From Candidatus Marinacidobacterales bacterium (GTDB lineage: Bacteria; Acidobacteriota; Vicinamibacteria; Marinacidobacterales; DATDRI01): 64,000 nt of DNA. A program made the translations under genes and the position numbers. Position 1 is the stretch's first letter. Each line of letters begins with the position of its first letter. Where the stretch lies: the NCBI GenBank assembly GCA_965226495.1, contig OZ245365.1, positions 128,001-192,000 of the forward strand, given 5' to 3'. The notes below the pieces were generated by a model that saw nothing but the letters and a program-made list of their open reading frames with translations, was not told where the DNA came from and did no database searches. This document shows, piece by piece, positions 9,648 to 18,969 of the stretch.

Positions 9648-10328
9648 ATGGAAGAACTTGAGCACAAGTCGTTCCTCTTTGGCCTCCTGCACGGGGCGGC
9701 TCCCGATCATGTCCTGATGGCCCTTTTCATCGGGCTACTGTTGATGGTGGGGGCGGTGTGGTTTCGCTCGCGCATTCGTGTCGAGGAGCCAGGGCGTCTA
9801 CAGTTGGTCCTGGAAGCCACGGTGGGTGGTTTGATCGGCATGCTCAAAGAGAACGTCGGCCCGCAGGGGCCCAAGTTCTTGAGCTTGGTCGGCACTCTCG
9901 GGTTGTTCATATTGACGTGCAATCTGGCGGGCTTGGTACCGGGACTATCGTCTCCTACCACCAACCTGAACGTACCCGTCGGCTGCGCCCTGGTTTCGTT
10001 CCTGTACTACAATTATCAGGGAGTTCTTGCTCAAGGTCTGCTGCCTTACCTAAAGCACTTTCTCGGACCGGTGCTTCCCATGGCGATCATCATGCTACCC
10101 ATCGAGATCATCAGCCATATTAGCCGCGTACTGTCCTTGTCGATGCGGCTCTTCGGTAACATCTTTGGCGAAGAGCTCGTCATTCTCGTGCTGGCGAGCC
10201 TTGTTCCTTTTTTGATTCCGCTACCCATGATGGCCTTCGCGGTATTCGGTAGTATTTTGCAAGCCTTCGTCTTTGTCATGCTGACCATGATTTACCTCGG
10301 TGGTGCCGTGGCCATGGAAGAACATTGA
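9648..10328 (+). CDS. atpB: F0F1 ATP synthase subunit a
   Basis: NLAGLVPG, IEIISHISRVLSLSMRLFGN (essential Arg), LQAFVFVMLTMIYL. Confidence 0.95.
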   Translation: MEELEHKSFLFGLLHGAAPDHVLMALFIGLLLMVGAVWFRSRIRVEEPGRLQLVLEATVGGLIGMLKENVGPQGPKFLSLVGTLGLFILTCNLAGLVPGLSSPTTNLNVPVGCALVSFLYYNYQGVLAQGLLPYLKHFLGPVLPMAIIMLPIEIISHISRVLSLSMRLFGNIFGEELVILVLASLVPFLIPLPMMAFAVFGSILQAFVFVMLTMIYLGGAVAMEEH

Positions 10329-10383
10329 TCGTGCTAACGTCGGGTATGCGTTATTTCGTTAACTGCGAAAGGAGGATATTCTG

Positions 10384-10713
10384 GTGAAAAGGATATTGTT
10401 CGCGGCCTTCGGGTCGCTCGTCTTTCTGATGATGGGAACTCCCGTGTATGCGGCAGAAGGGGATCTTTGGGTGGCTGACACCACCAAGTGGGCTTTGATC
10501 GCGGGCGCCGGAGCCTTGGCCTTCGCCGCCGCTTTCGGCGCCTATTCCCAAGGTAAGGCCGCGGCTGCCGCTTGTGAGGCGATCTCTAGAAACCCCGGCG
10601 CCGCTCCTCAGATCCGCTTCGCCTTTCTGTTGGGCGTGGTGCTGATCGAATCGCTCGTGATTTACGTATTCGTCATCTCGCTCAGTATCTTGTTCGTGAA
10701 GTGGCCTGCGTGA
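10384..10713 (+). CDS. atpE: F0F1 ATP synthase subunit c with N-terminal leader
   Basis: ISRNPGA loop, IESLVIY ion-binding Glu, AGGAGG SD. Confidence 0.95.
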   Translation: MKRILFAAFGSLVFLMMGTPVYAAEGDLWVADTTKWALIAGAGALAFAAAFGAYSQGKAAAAACEAISRNPGAAPQIRFAFLLGVVLIESLVIYVFVISLSILFVKWPA

Positions 10714-10831
10714 CGAAATTCCTTTGGGGCTCTCTCGCTCACGGGCTAGACTGCGAGAGGGCCCACGGCTTCGAACTGGGGGGCATTGCCAGTCGGGGCC
10801 AGCCGGCGCCAGCCGGCACCAGGAGGACGAG

Positions 10832-11755
10832 TTGGAATTCGCCAAGTACGCCTACTTCGAAGGTAAAGTAGTTCCTTTCGCGGAGGCGCGTGTCTCGGTT
10901 GCCACCCACGGTTTTCTCTACGGGACCGCCGTGTTCGAGGGAATCCGTGGATTTTGGGACGAGACGAAGGGCGATGTTTACGTCTTCCGGTTGAGAGAGC
11001 ACTTCGAGCGGCTGGCTGTCAACGCCCGCATCCTCAAAATGAGCCTGCCTCGGCCGGTGGATGAGTTGGTCTCTCTGACCGTCGACCTGATCCGAAAGAA
11101 CGAGCTGCGCTGCGACTTATACGTCCGGCCGGTCCTATACAAATCGGACCGCCGCTTCGGCGTCACACTGTTCGAGAATCAAGACCTCACGGTCTTTATC
11201 GCTTCGATGGGAGCGTATCTTTCCAAGACGGAAGGGATCGACCTTGCCGTTTCCTCTTGGAGACGGATCGAGGACAATGCCATCCCCGGCCGAGCGAAGA
11301 TCAACGGCGCGTATGTCAATAGCTGCCTCGCAGGGGACGAAGCTCGCAGTAACGGATTCGACGAGGCGATCTTCCTGAACGAGGACGGCCACGTCTCCGA
11401 AGCCCCGGGAATGAACCTCTTTATGGTCCGAGGCGGCCGCTTGATCACGACTCCCGTAACGGCCAATGTCTTGGAGGGCATCACCCGAGCCAGCCTCATG
11501 ACGCTTGCGGAGAAGAGCCTCGGTGTCGAAGTCGAGGAGAGACCCGTCGACCGTTCCGAGCTCTACGTAGCCGACGAGGCCTTCATCTGTGGAACGGCCG
11601 CCAAATTGGTCAGCGTGAGGAGCATCGACCGTCGCATGGTGGCCAACGGAAAGACCGGTCCGATCACTACGAAGCTCGCCGAACGATACCGCGCCGCGAC
11701 CTTGGGCGAGCTCGAGGGCTACCGGGACTGGATCACCTCCGTTTATAACGATTAG
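10832..11755 (+). CDS. ilvE: Branched-chain amino acid aminotransferase
   Basis: YGTAVFEGIRG, FRLREHFERL, AKINGAY, LEGITR, FICGTAA; TTG start after AGGAGG. Confidence 0.9.
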   Translation: MEFAKYAYFEGKVVPFAEARVSVATHGFLYGTAVFEGIRGFWDETKGDVYVFRLREHFERLAVNARILKMSLPRPVDELVSLTVDLIRKNELRCDLYVRPVLYKSDRRFGVTLFENQDLTVFIASMGAYLSKTEGIDLAVSSWRRIEDNAIPGRAKINGAYVNSCLAGDEARSNGFDEAIFLNEDGHVSEAPGMNLFMVRGGRLITTPVTANVLEGITRASLMTLAEKSLGVEVEERPVDRSELYVADEAFICGTAAKLVSVRSIDRRMVANGKTGPITTKLAERYRAATLGELEGYRDWITSVYND

Positions 11756-11783
11756 CCCGATCACTCCGATTCCCCCAAAAATC

Positions 11784-12656
11784 ATGGCGCTCCTGTTCGT
11801 CGCGGGAGCCGTCCTGGCGTTGTTGTTGGGCCTGTCCTTCCTCTTCGCCGAGCTTCTCATTCACCCGCCGAGAAGCAGGCCGACGGATTTCACGCCTACC
11901 GACGCGGGGCTGCCGTTCGAGTGGGTCACCTTCCCTTCCCATGATGGATTCCGGTTGATGGGTTGGTTGGTCGGGCCCGAGCTTCGTAAACCACCGGTAG
12001 TCATTGTCCACGGTTACACTGACAACAAGGGTTCCTACCTCGATCAAGCTCGCTTCCTGTTCGATCGGGGCTACCCGAGCCTGCTCTATGACCAAAGGGG
12101 CCATGGGCAAAGCGCTCCGGCGAAGGTTTCCCTTGGACCCCTGGAAGCGCGGGACCTCGCCGAGGCTATTCGGATGCTCAGCGAGCGGGGTCGCGGAGAT
12201 CGATTCGTGGTCTGGGGGATTTCGATGGGGGCGGCAACGGCCCTTCTCGCTGCAGCCGATGAACCTCAAATTGTGGGGGTCGTCGCCGAGTCGAGCTACG
12301 AGAGGCTCTATCGGGTCGTGGTAGATACGGTTCGCCTGCGCTTCCGTGTGCCGCAGTTTCCGTTGGTACCCCTTAGCCTCGCCATCGCTTCCCTGAAGAT
12401 TGGATTCAATCTCTTTCAGGTGCATATCGGTGACGCGGTCAAATCCTTGGGCGAGCGCCCGCTCATGTTGGTGAGCGGCGCCGAAGATCCGCGCATGACT
12501 CCTGAGCTAGGAAGCCGGCTTCTCGCCGAGGCGGTAGGACCTGCGGACCACCTGGTGATAGCGGGTGCGGGCCACGCGCAGTGCTGGCCTTTGGGCAAGG
12601 CGGTTTACGGAGAGAGGGTTCTCGCTCTACTCGAGGCTACCCGACCTAACCAGTAA
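11784..12656 (+). CDS. Alpha/beta hydrolase with N-terminal membrane anchor
   Basis: VHGY, YDQRGHGQS, GISMG nucleophile elbow, D and GAGH triad residues. Confidence 0.85.
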   Translation: MALLFVAGAVLALLLGLSFLFAELLIHPPRSRPTDFTPTDAGLPFEWVTFPSHDGFRLMGWLVGPELRKPPVVIVHGYTDNKGSYLDQARFLFDRGYPSLLYDQRGHGQSAPAKVSLGPLEARDLAEAIRMLSERGRGDRFVVWGISMGAATALLAAADEPQIVGVVAESSYERLYRVVVDTVRLRFRVPQFPLVPLSLAIASLKIGFNLFQVHIGDAVKSLGERPLMLVSGAEDPRMTPELGSRLLAEAVGPADHLVIAGAGHAQCWPLGKAVYGERVLALLEATRPNQ

Positions 12657-12753
12657 TAACCGGGAATAACCGGGAATAAGGTTCGCTTGCAATGCGCAGG
12701 ACCTCCTTTGTAAGATGCCGGTGTAACTCGTGTAACCGGAGGTAATTCTAGCC

Positions 12754-13830
12754 GTGTTGGATACCATTCGTTGGGACGGCGACGCCGTCGCCTTGCTCGA
12801 TCAAAGAATTCTCCCCACTCGAGAGGAATACCTCAGTTGTCGGAGCGCTGAGGAGGTCGCCGCAGCCATCAAAGACATGGTTGTGCGCGGGGCTCCCGCG
12901 ATTGGCGTCACGGCGGCGATGGGCATCGCTTTAGGCCTGAAATTGGCGTCACTGGCGTCGCAGTCTTCGGCGCCTGGCGAGAAGGACGAGAGGGCCCTGC
13001 GCGCGTCCATGGACCAAGTGTGCGAGCTCATGCGAGTGACCCGGCCGACTGCGGTCAACCTGTTCTGGGCGATCGAGCGGATGAAGTCGCGTTTCGAGGA
13101 GCTCATTCCGGAAGGGTCCGCCCGTCTTGTGGAAGGCTTGGAGCAGGAGGCGATCGGGATTCTGAATGAGGACATCGCCATCAACCGTCGCATGGGAAAG
13201 CACGGCGCCGACCTCGTGCCCGACGGCGCGCGGATCTTGACGCATTGCAACGCCGGCGCTCTCGCTACGGCCGGCTACGGAACCGCGCTGGGAGTCATCC
13301 GCGCTGCGGTGGAGTCTGGTAAGAAGGTCGAAGTCTATGCCGACGAAACACGTCCGTTCTTGCAAGGTGCGCGACTGACCACGTGGGAGCTCGCGAAGGA
13401 TGGGATCCCTGTTACCCTTATTACTGACAACATGGCCGGCCATTTGATGGCAAAGAAAAAGGTCGATTTGGTCGTGGTGGGCTCGGATCGGATCGCCGCC
13501 AATGGCGATGTGGCCAACAAGATCGGAACTTACTCAGTGGCAGTTCTCGCACGTGAGCATAAGATTCCCTTCTACGCGGTGGCCCCGACCAGCACGTTCG
13601 ACCTGAGTATTCCTTCAGGGGATCAAATCCCCATCGAGCAACGCGACCCGAAGGAAGTCACTCACTTCCAAGGAGTGCAGATTGCACCGGACGGTATTGG
13701 CGTCGAAAACCCTGCATTCGACATCACCCCGAACCGGTTCGTCACAGCCATCGTCTGCGAGAACGGCGTCGCCCGGGCGCCGTTTACCGAGGTTCTGAGA
13801 AAGTTCACCAATAAAGTAGAGGCCGCCTGA
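12754..13830 (+). CDS. mtnA: S-methyl-5-thioribose-1-phosphate isomerase
   Basis: [58 protein letters not shown]. Confidence 0.95.
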   Translation: MLDTIRWDGDAVALLDQRILPTREEYLSCRSAEEVAAAIKDMVVRGAPAIGVTAAMGIALGLKLASLASQSSAPGEKDERALRASMDQVCELMRVTRPTAVNLFWAIERMKSRFEELIPEGSARLVEGLEQEAIGILNEDIAINRRMGKHGADLVPDGARILTHCNAGALATAGYGTALGVIRAAVESGKKVEVYADETRPFLQGARLTTWELAKDGIPVTLITDNMAGHLMAKKKVDLVVVGSDRIAANGDVANKIGTYSVAVLAREHKIPFYAVAPTSTFDLSIPSGDQIPIEQRDPKEVTHFQGVQIAPDGIGVENPAFDITPNRFVTAIVCENGVARAPFTEVLRKFTNKVEAA

Positions 13831-13836
13831 CGCTTC

Positions 13837-14907
13837 GTGCTCATCCTCGGGATCGAAAGCTCCTGCGATGAGACTTCTGCGGCCGTCGTCGAGGATGGCC
13901 GCCGGATCCTCTCCAACGTCATCGCTTCTCAAGTAAAGGTTCATAGCCCCTACGGCGGTGTCGTTCCAGAGCTCGCCTCCCGACAGCATCTCTCGCACAT
14001 CGGCCCGGTAGTTGATGGCGCCCTAAAGGAGGCGAGAGTGGAGCTTTCACAAATCGGGGCCGTTGCCGTTACTCAGGGACCAGGTCTCGTCGGCTCGCTC
14101 CTGGTGGGACTTTGTTTCGGGAAATCCATCGCCTACGCACGCGACATTCCCCTTGTCGCCGTCGATCACTTGGAAGGCCACATACGCGCCGCCTACATGG
14201 AGAGAGATGAGTCGGACCCGATTCCTCATCCCGCGGTATCGCTCGTCGTTTCGGGGGGCCACACCGGCTTGTATTTGATGGAGGAGGAAGCCCGATACGA
14301 GTTGGTCGGAAAAACGAGAGACGACGCGGCCGGTGAGGCATACGACAAAGTCGCGAAGCGTCTGGGGCTGGGGTATCCAGGTGGCCCGGTGATCGATCGC
14401 ATAGCGGAACACGGTGATCCCAAAAAGATTCCTCTTCCCGTCGCCAAGATCTCGGATGGTAGCGATGATTTCAGCTTTAGTGGATTGAAGACGGCGGTGC
14501 TGCGTGCGATTCGTGAGCACGATATCGATCCAGTGAGCGAGGGCGAGGATCCGATGGGGCGGACCGACGTGCTTAACTTAGCTGCCAGTTTTCAGAAGGC
14601 GGTGGTGAACGCTTTGCTTTCGACTACCCAACGAGTTTCGAGGCGGGTGAAAGCGCGCGCCATTCTCGTGTCGGGAGGTGTGGCCGCCAATCGTCAGCTT
14701 CGCTCGGAGTTCGGCCGCTTAGGTGAGCAGATGAAGATTCCGGTGGTCTTTCCGAGCATAGCGCTTTCGACCGACAATGCGGCCATGATCGCTGCCGCCG
14801 GTTACATCAAGTTTTTACGAGGCGAGTTCTCGGGCCCCGACCTCAACGCGGAAGTGGAACTGCGTCTGGGAGAAGGGTCTGTAAGGCGCTCCGAAAGGCA
14901 TTTGTAG
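13837..14907 (+). CDS. tsaD: tRNA t6A37 threonylcarbamoyltransferase
   Basis: LGIESSCDET, GGVVPELASR, HLEGH, SGGHT, DDAAGEAYDK, FSFSGLKT, TDNAAMI. Confidence 0.95.
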   Translation: MLILGIESSCDETSAAVVEDGRRILSNVIASQVKVHSPYGGVVPELASRQHLSHIGPVVDGALKEARVELSQIGAVAVTQGPGLVGSLLVGLCFGKSIAYARDIPLVAVDHLEGHIRAAYMERDESDPIPHPAVSLVVSGGHTGLYLMEEEARYELVGKTRDDAAGEAYDKVAKRLGLGYPGGPVIDRIAEHGDPKKIPLPVAKISDGSDDFSFSGLKTAVLRAIREHDIDPVSEGEDPMGRTDVLNLAASFQKAVVNALLSTTQRVSRRVKARAILVSGGVAANRQLRSEFGRLGEQMKIPVVFPSIALSTDNAAMIAAAGYIKFLRGEFSGPDLNAEVELRLGEGSVRRSERHL

Positions 14908-15110
14908 CGTCGGCTGGGGCTGCAAGCTTCCCCAGGGAAAGCTCGTCTGGACGAGATTCTCTTTGAGAACCCAAGGCGGGACTTGCCGATGGGTTTCCCC
15001 CACATTCGCGAAGCCGATAGAGCCCCTTTCACAGTGCGCACCCACGGCTTCGCTATAGCCAAGACAAGAAACCACGCGGCTTAGGCCTCGAGTCGGCAAC
15101 CGCCGCGGCT

Positions 15111-15126
15111 CGGCACGTCCCTTGCT
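15111..15126 (+). promoter_or_regulatory. Putative sigma-54 promoter for the lipoprotein gene
   Basis: CGGCACGTCCCTTGCT fits GGCAC-N5-TTGC. Confidence 0.6.
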
Positions 15127-15190
15127 TGTGTTGCATCTCTAGAGAATCCACCTCCGTACGTTGTCGAAAGTCAATGAGTGGGAGATTGCG

Positions 15191-16123
15191 ATGAAAGAAT
15201 CAAAGATCAGAACAGGTGGTGTAAGGGCTCTGCTGGGGACGGTGCTGGTCACACTAGTAAGCTTCGGTTGCGACTCTGGCCCCACATCGCCAACACCCGC
15301 TTCTGGGTCGGGCACTCAGGAAACCGCAGAGGTCGTGGTATCCGGCACATTCTCGTCGGCCAACGCCTTGTCATCCGGTCTCGCTGGAATCTCCCAAACA
15401 GACGTCAACGACATCACGGTCGAGGTCGTGGGTACGGGGCAATCCGTGGCGGTCTCGAATGGCACGTTCGCCCTTAGCGGTCTTCCGGCGGGTTCGTTTA
15501 CGCTTGTGTTCCGCGACGGGACGGGCAAGAGGCTGGGCAAGCTGACCTTCGACAACGTTCAAGCCGGCCAGACTATCGAGCTCCTGCTCGAGCTCCACGA
15601 CGAAGGCGTAGTATTGCTCAAAGAGGTTCGCGACGGCGAGGTTGTGGTCGATAACAGTGCCGACGAGACCGGCAACGACGATGGGGACGGCGACGGAAAC
15701 AATGATGACGACGGCGACAATGACGACGGCAACAATGACGACGGCGGCAACAATGACGACGGCAACAATGACGACGCCGGCAACAATGACGACGCCGGAA
15801 ACGGTGACAGTGGTGAATCCCCGTCATTGCAGGGCTCGCTTTCCGGAAAATGGAGCGGCCAATGCGACGACGAAAACGTGAGCGGGCGTTTCTCGATTTC
15901 GGTCTCCGCCGGTGGAAGTGTTAGCGGTTCTTATTCCGGAGATGACTCCGGTTCAATTTCCGGAAGAGTTCGCAACAACGGCTCTTTTTCCGCCGCGGCG
16001 GGAAGCGCCGGAGAATGCCAATGGTCGGGAACGATTACGCGCTCGGGCAATTCCCTGTCGGGGAGTGGAACTTGGACCTGCCCGGAAGACTGCGATGGAG
16101 ACTGGTCCGGGTCCGGATCGTAG
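15191..16123 (+). CDS. Lipoprotein with carboxypeptidase-regulatory-like beta domain, Asp/Asn/Gly repeat linker and Cys-containing C-terminal beta domain
   Basis: Lipobox VSFGC, GTFALSGLPAGSFTLVF, (GNNDD)n repeats. Confidence 0.7.
   Translation: MKESKIRTGGVRALLGTVLVTLVSFGCDSGPTSPTPASGSGTQETAEVVVSGTFSSANALSSGLAGISQTDVNDITVEVVGTGQSVAVSNGTFALSGLPAGSFTLVFRDGTGKRLGKLTFDNVQAGQTIELLLELHDEGVVLLKEVRDGEVVVDNSADETGNDDGDGDGNNDDDGDNDDGNNDDGGNNDDGNNDDAGNNDDAGNGDSGESPSLQGSLSGKWSGQCDDENVSGRFSISVSAGGSVSGSYSGDDSGSISGRVRNNGSFSAAAGSAGECQWSGTITRSGNSLSGSGTWTCPEDCDGDWSGSGS
15671..15803 (+). repeat. Coding tandem repeat GGCAACAATGACGAC(GGC/GCC) encoding GNNDD(G/A)
   Basis: Several near-identical 15-18 bp units are visible. 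Confidence 0.85.
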
Positions 16124-16142
16124 GCAGTCAACATCCATCACT

Positions 16143-16285
16143 GGTCTGGGGCCCCACCCCCAGACCTCGCGCTTCGTCGGCCGGCGACTTTGATCAGAGC
16201 GACGGGGACCCCACCCCCGTCGCCGAGCCGCTACGCGCTCCGCGCTGCGCGTCGGCTGAAGGCTCCGCGCGGGCTGAGGGCTCCT
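16143..16285. repeat. REP-like palindromic element, family B, copy 1
   Basis: GCGACGGGGACCCCACCCCCGTCGCCG hairpin (16199-16225) and GCTGAGGGCTCC tail are shared with 18867-18934; lies between convergent genes. Confidence 0.7.
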
Positions 16286-16751
16286 AATCCTGTCCGCCCT
16301 GTTCCTCCGAACGCTTTACGCGAAGAATCTTCCACTCGTCCTCTTCGCGTCGGAGATCGACGCGGAGCTTCTGAGGCTGGGTCACCGTCCCCACCATGAT
16401 GAACCGCTGGTCCGCCTGGATAGCAACTACAGTTAGGTCGAACGAAGCTGTCGCTTCGGCCCCTTCTACTTCCGCGCGCACTGCCTCTAGGGTCACGTTG
16501 AGTCGGTCGACGCGCTCGAAACCTCGATCGACCATCTCTGAAAGGGACTCGAAATCGAGGTTGCGGAAATCGGAGTAGTCGCGGGACAGACAGGAGAGAA
16601 ACCGCTGGGTGTCTTTTACCTCGGCGGCATCGGCGGCACGCTGAAGAGAACGTTCCACCTGGGCGGCGGGAGAGAGATACCACTCCCATGTGAAGAACGC
16701 GATCAACAGCGCGGCGGCGCTTCCGAGGGCGATGAGATTCCGGCGGTTCAC
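16284..16751 (-). CDS. Membrane-anchored NTF2/SnoaL-like hypothetical protein
   Basis: N-terminal TM, helix-beta pattern ending LRREEDEWKILRV; GTG start at 16751 is inferred. Confidence 0.6.
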   Translation of the reverse strand: MNRRNLIALGSAAALLIAFFTWEWYLSPAAQVERSLQRAADAAEVKDTQRFLSCLSRDYSDFRNLDFESLSEMVDRGFERVDRLNVTLEAVRAEVEGAEATASFDLTVVAIQADQRFIMVGTVTQPQKLRVDLRREEDEWKILRVKRSEEQGGQD

Positions 16752-16854
16752 GGGCTCGATTGTATCTTGTTTGCTTGACTTTGCTTGACTTTGCTTGACA
16801 GGGAGCGGATGCACAGGATAAGAAAGGACGGTTTTAATCAACGGGGAGTTGAGA

Positions 16855-18840
16855 ATGAGCAATAAGGAGTTCAAGCCGTTTGTCCCTCCCGATCAAACCC
16901 CGCCCGAGCTGACCGTTCGGGCTGTCGTGCTCGGCATTTTTATGGCCGTCGCCTTGGGGGCTGCCAACGCATATCTAGGCATGAGAGCGGGCCAGACGGT
17001 GGCTGCCACATTCCCAGCGGCCGTCGTGGCAATGGCGTTCTTCCGGTTCTTCAGGGGAGGAATTCTGGAAGAGAACATTTCTCGTACGACCGCATCGGTC
17101 GGGGAGGCGCTTGTCGCCGGCGCCATCTTCACCATCCCGGCTTTCATCCTCGCCGGTGTTTGGACCGAGTTCGACTACCTGCAGAGCACGATTCTGATGC
17201 TGGTCGGTGGGATCCTGGGCGTGATGTTCGTCGTACTGCTCCGGCGCAGCCTGGTGAACGATCCGACCTTGCCCTTTCCCGAATCGGTTGCCGCCGCAGA
17301 GATCCACAAGGCCGGTCAAAAGGGTCAGACCGGCGCAAGGTATCTCTTTTATTCCATGGGTCTCGGGGCGCTCGTCGAGCTGTTCAAGAACGGCAACGGC
17401 CTACAGCTTTTTCACGAGCGGATTACCGGCTTCCTGCAATACGGTACCTTCAAGAGTTCAGTTGTCGTGGGAGGCGCGACATTTGGGTCAGCGACTCAGC
17501 CGGGCTCCATGCTTCTCTCTACGCCTGCCGCCTCGCCTGCATACTTGGGTGTTGGCTATATCATTGGACCACGCCTCGGTTCGATCACGTTTGCGGGTGG
17601 AGTGTTCGCCTGGTGGTTCATGATCCCCGCCATTTTATTCTTCAACCCGCAGTTCGCCGACGGTGATCTCGTTGCGCAGGCGGGCTCGGATTGGGATGCC
17701 ATTTACAACCAAGTGTGGACGAATCTGGTGCGCCCCATCGCGGTCGGCGCGATGATCGTGGGTGCATTCTGGACCCTGTTCCGAATGCGGAACTCGTTGA
17801 TCGATGGCATCGGCAAATCTATCTCCGACTTGAAGGCGGCCCGAGCGGGTCAAACTGTAAAAACTAGTCGGATCGATCTCGACCTTCCCTTCAACTGGAC
17901 GGCGGCTGGTGTGGTGGCGGCGGTGATCCCGGTTACGATCCTTTATTACTACTACAGCGGTCAGTGGTTGGGTGCCTTCGGTTCGGCCGTCGTTATGATC
18001 ATCGCGGGTTTTTTCTTTTCTGCAGTAGCGGGATACTTGGTCGGCGTCATCGGAAGCTCCTCTAATCCGATTTCCGGGCTTACCCTGTCGACGCTACTTC
18101 TCGCAGCACTGCTGATGACCACAATAGGTCTCAGCGGTACGAAGGGAGTGGCCGCGGTGCTGGGGGTGGCGGCGGTCGTTTGCTGTGCCTGCGCCATCGC
18201 CGGTGACATGCTGCAGGATCTCAAAGTGGGCCATCTCCTCGGCGGAACGCCAAAAGCTATGGAGAAGGCCGAGCTCATCGGGGTGGTTGCTGCCGCGCTA
18301 TTGATGACGTTTCCGATGATGATTCTCCACAAGGCAGACATCATGAGCGGAGGGCAAGGAATCGGTGGCGCCGAGCTACCGGCACCGCAGGCCGGTCTCA
18401 TGGCGCTGCTCTCTAAGGGGATCGTGGGCGGCGACATGGCGTGGCCCCTCATTGTGTTCGGGATGGCATTCGCCCTGATGCTTCTGCTCGTCAATGCTCC
18501 GTCTCCGATGCTGATTGCAGTGGGTATGTACCTTCCGCTTCAGACGACCTTCGCCATTTTTGTCGGTGGGGTGATTCGGTGGATCTTCGATCGAAGAGCG
18601 AGCAGAATCGAAGGCCTGAGCGACGAGGCTCGATACCGAGGTGAAAATAGCGGCACGTTGATCGCCTCGGGTTTGATAGCTGGAGAAGCATTGATGGGGG
18701 TGTTGCTTGCCCTCTTGGTGATCGCCGAGATCAGTCCTCCGCACCTTCTAGCCGACCCGCGGGGCTGGCCGGGGCTACTGGTGTTCGCGATACTCGGGTG
18801 GTTGTTGGTGAAAATTCCTTTGGATCAAGCTCGGGCATAG
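16855..18840 (+). CDS. OPT family oligopeptide transporter
   Basis: ELTVRA, ANAYLGMRAG, FTIPAF, LPFPE, SSNPISG, LQDLKVGHLLG, APQA, SGLIAGEAL. Confidence 0.93.
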   Translation: MSNKEFKPFVPPDQTPPELTVRAVVLGIFMAVALGAANAYLGMRAGQTVAATFPAAVVAMAFFRFFRGGILEENISRTTASVGEALVAGAIFTIPAFILAGVWTEFDYLQSTILMLVGGILGVMFVVLLRRSLVNDPTLPFPESVAAAEIHKAGQKGQTGARYLFYSMGLGALVELFKNGNGLQLFHERITGFLQYGTFKSSVVVGGATFGSATQPGSMLLSTPAASPAYLGVGYIIGPRLGSITFAGGVFAWWFMIPAILFFNPQFADGDLVAQAGSDWDAIYNQVWTNLVRPIAVGAMIVGAFWTLFRMRNSLIDGIGKSISDLKAARAGQTVKTSRIDLDLPFNWTAAGVVAAVIPVTILYYYYSGQWLGAFGSAVVMIIAGFFFSAVAGYLVGVIGSSSNPISGLTLSTLLLAALLMTTIGLSGTKGVAAVLGVAAVVCCACAIAGDMLQDLKVGHLLGGTPKAMEKAELIGVVAAALLMTFPMMILHKADIMSGGQGIGGAELPAPQAGLMALLSKGIVGGDMAWPLIVFGMAFALMLLLVNAPSPMLIAVGMYLPLQTTFAIFVGGVIRWIFDRRASRIEGLSDEARYRGENSGTLIASGLIAGEALMGVLLALLVIAEISPPHLLADPRGWPGLLVFAILGWLLVKIPLDQARA

Positions 18841-18866
18841 AGCAGGGGCCCGATTGATCCATCAAT

Positions 18867-18934
18867 GCGACGGGGACCCCACCCCCGTCGCCGGCCGCTT
18901 CGCGACTACTCGCTCCGCGGCTAGCTGAGGGCTC
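18867..18934. repeat. REP-like palindromic element, family B, copy 2
   Basis: 27-bp core identical to 16199-16225; lies between convergent genes. Confidence 0.7.
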
Positions 18935-18969
18935 CCCACCCGCTGGCCCATGTGCCACAAGCAGGGGGT

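Noticed and set aside
8900-10713. F0 genes without F1 as a defective or novel ATPase
   Set aside because: Split atp operons are common in this kind of lineage; F1 and b-subunit genes are probably elsewhere
15671-15803. CRISPR array or non-coding repeat
   Set aside because: Units are in-frame codon repeats with no unique spacers; no cas genes or repeat-spacer arrays were seen anywhere in the window
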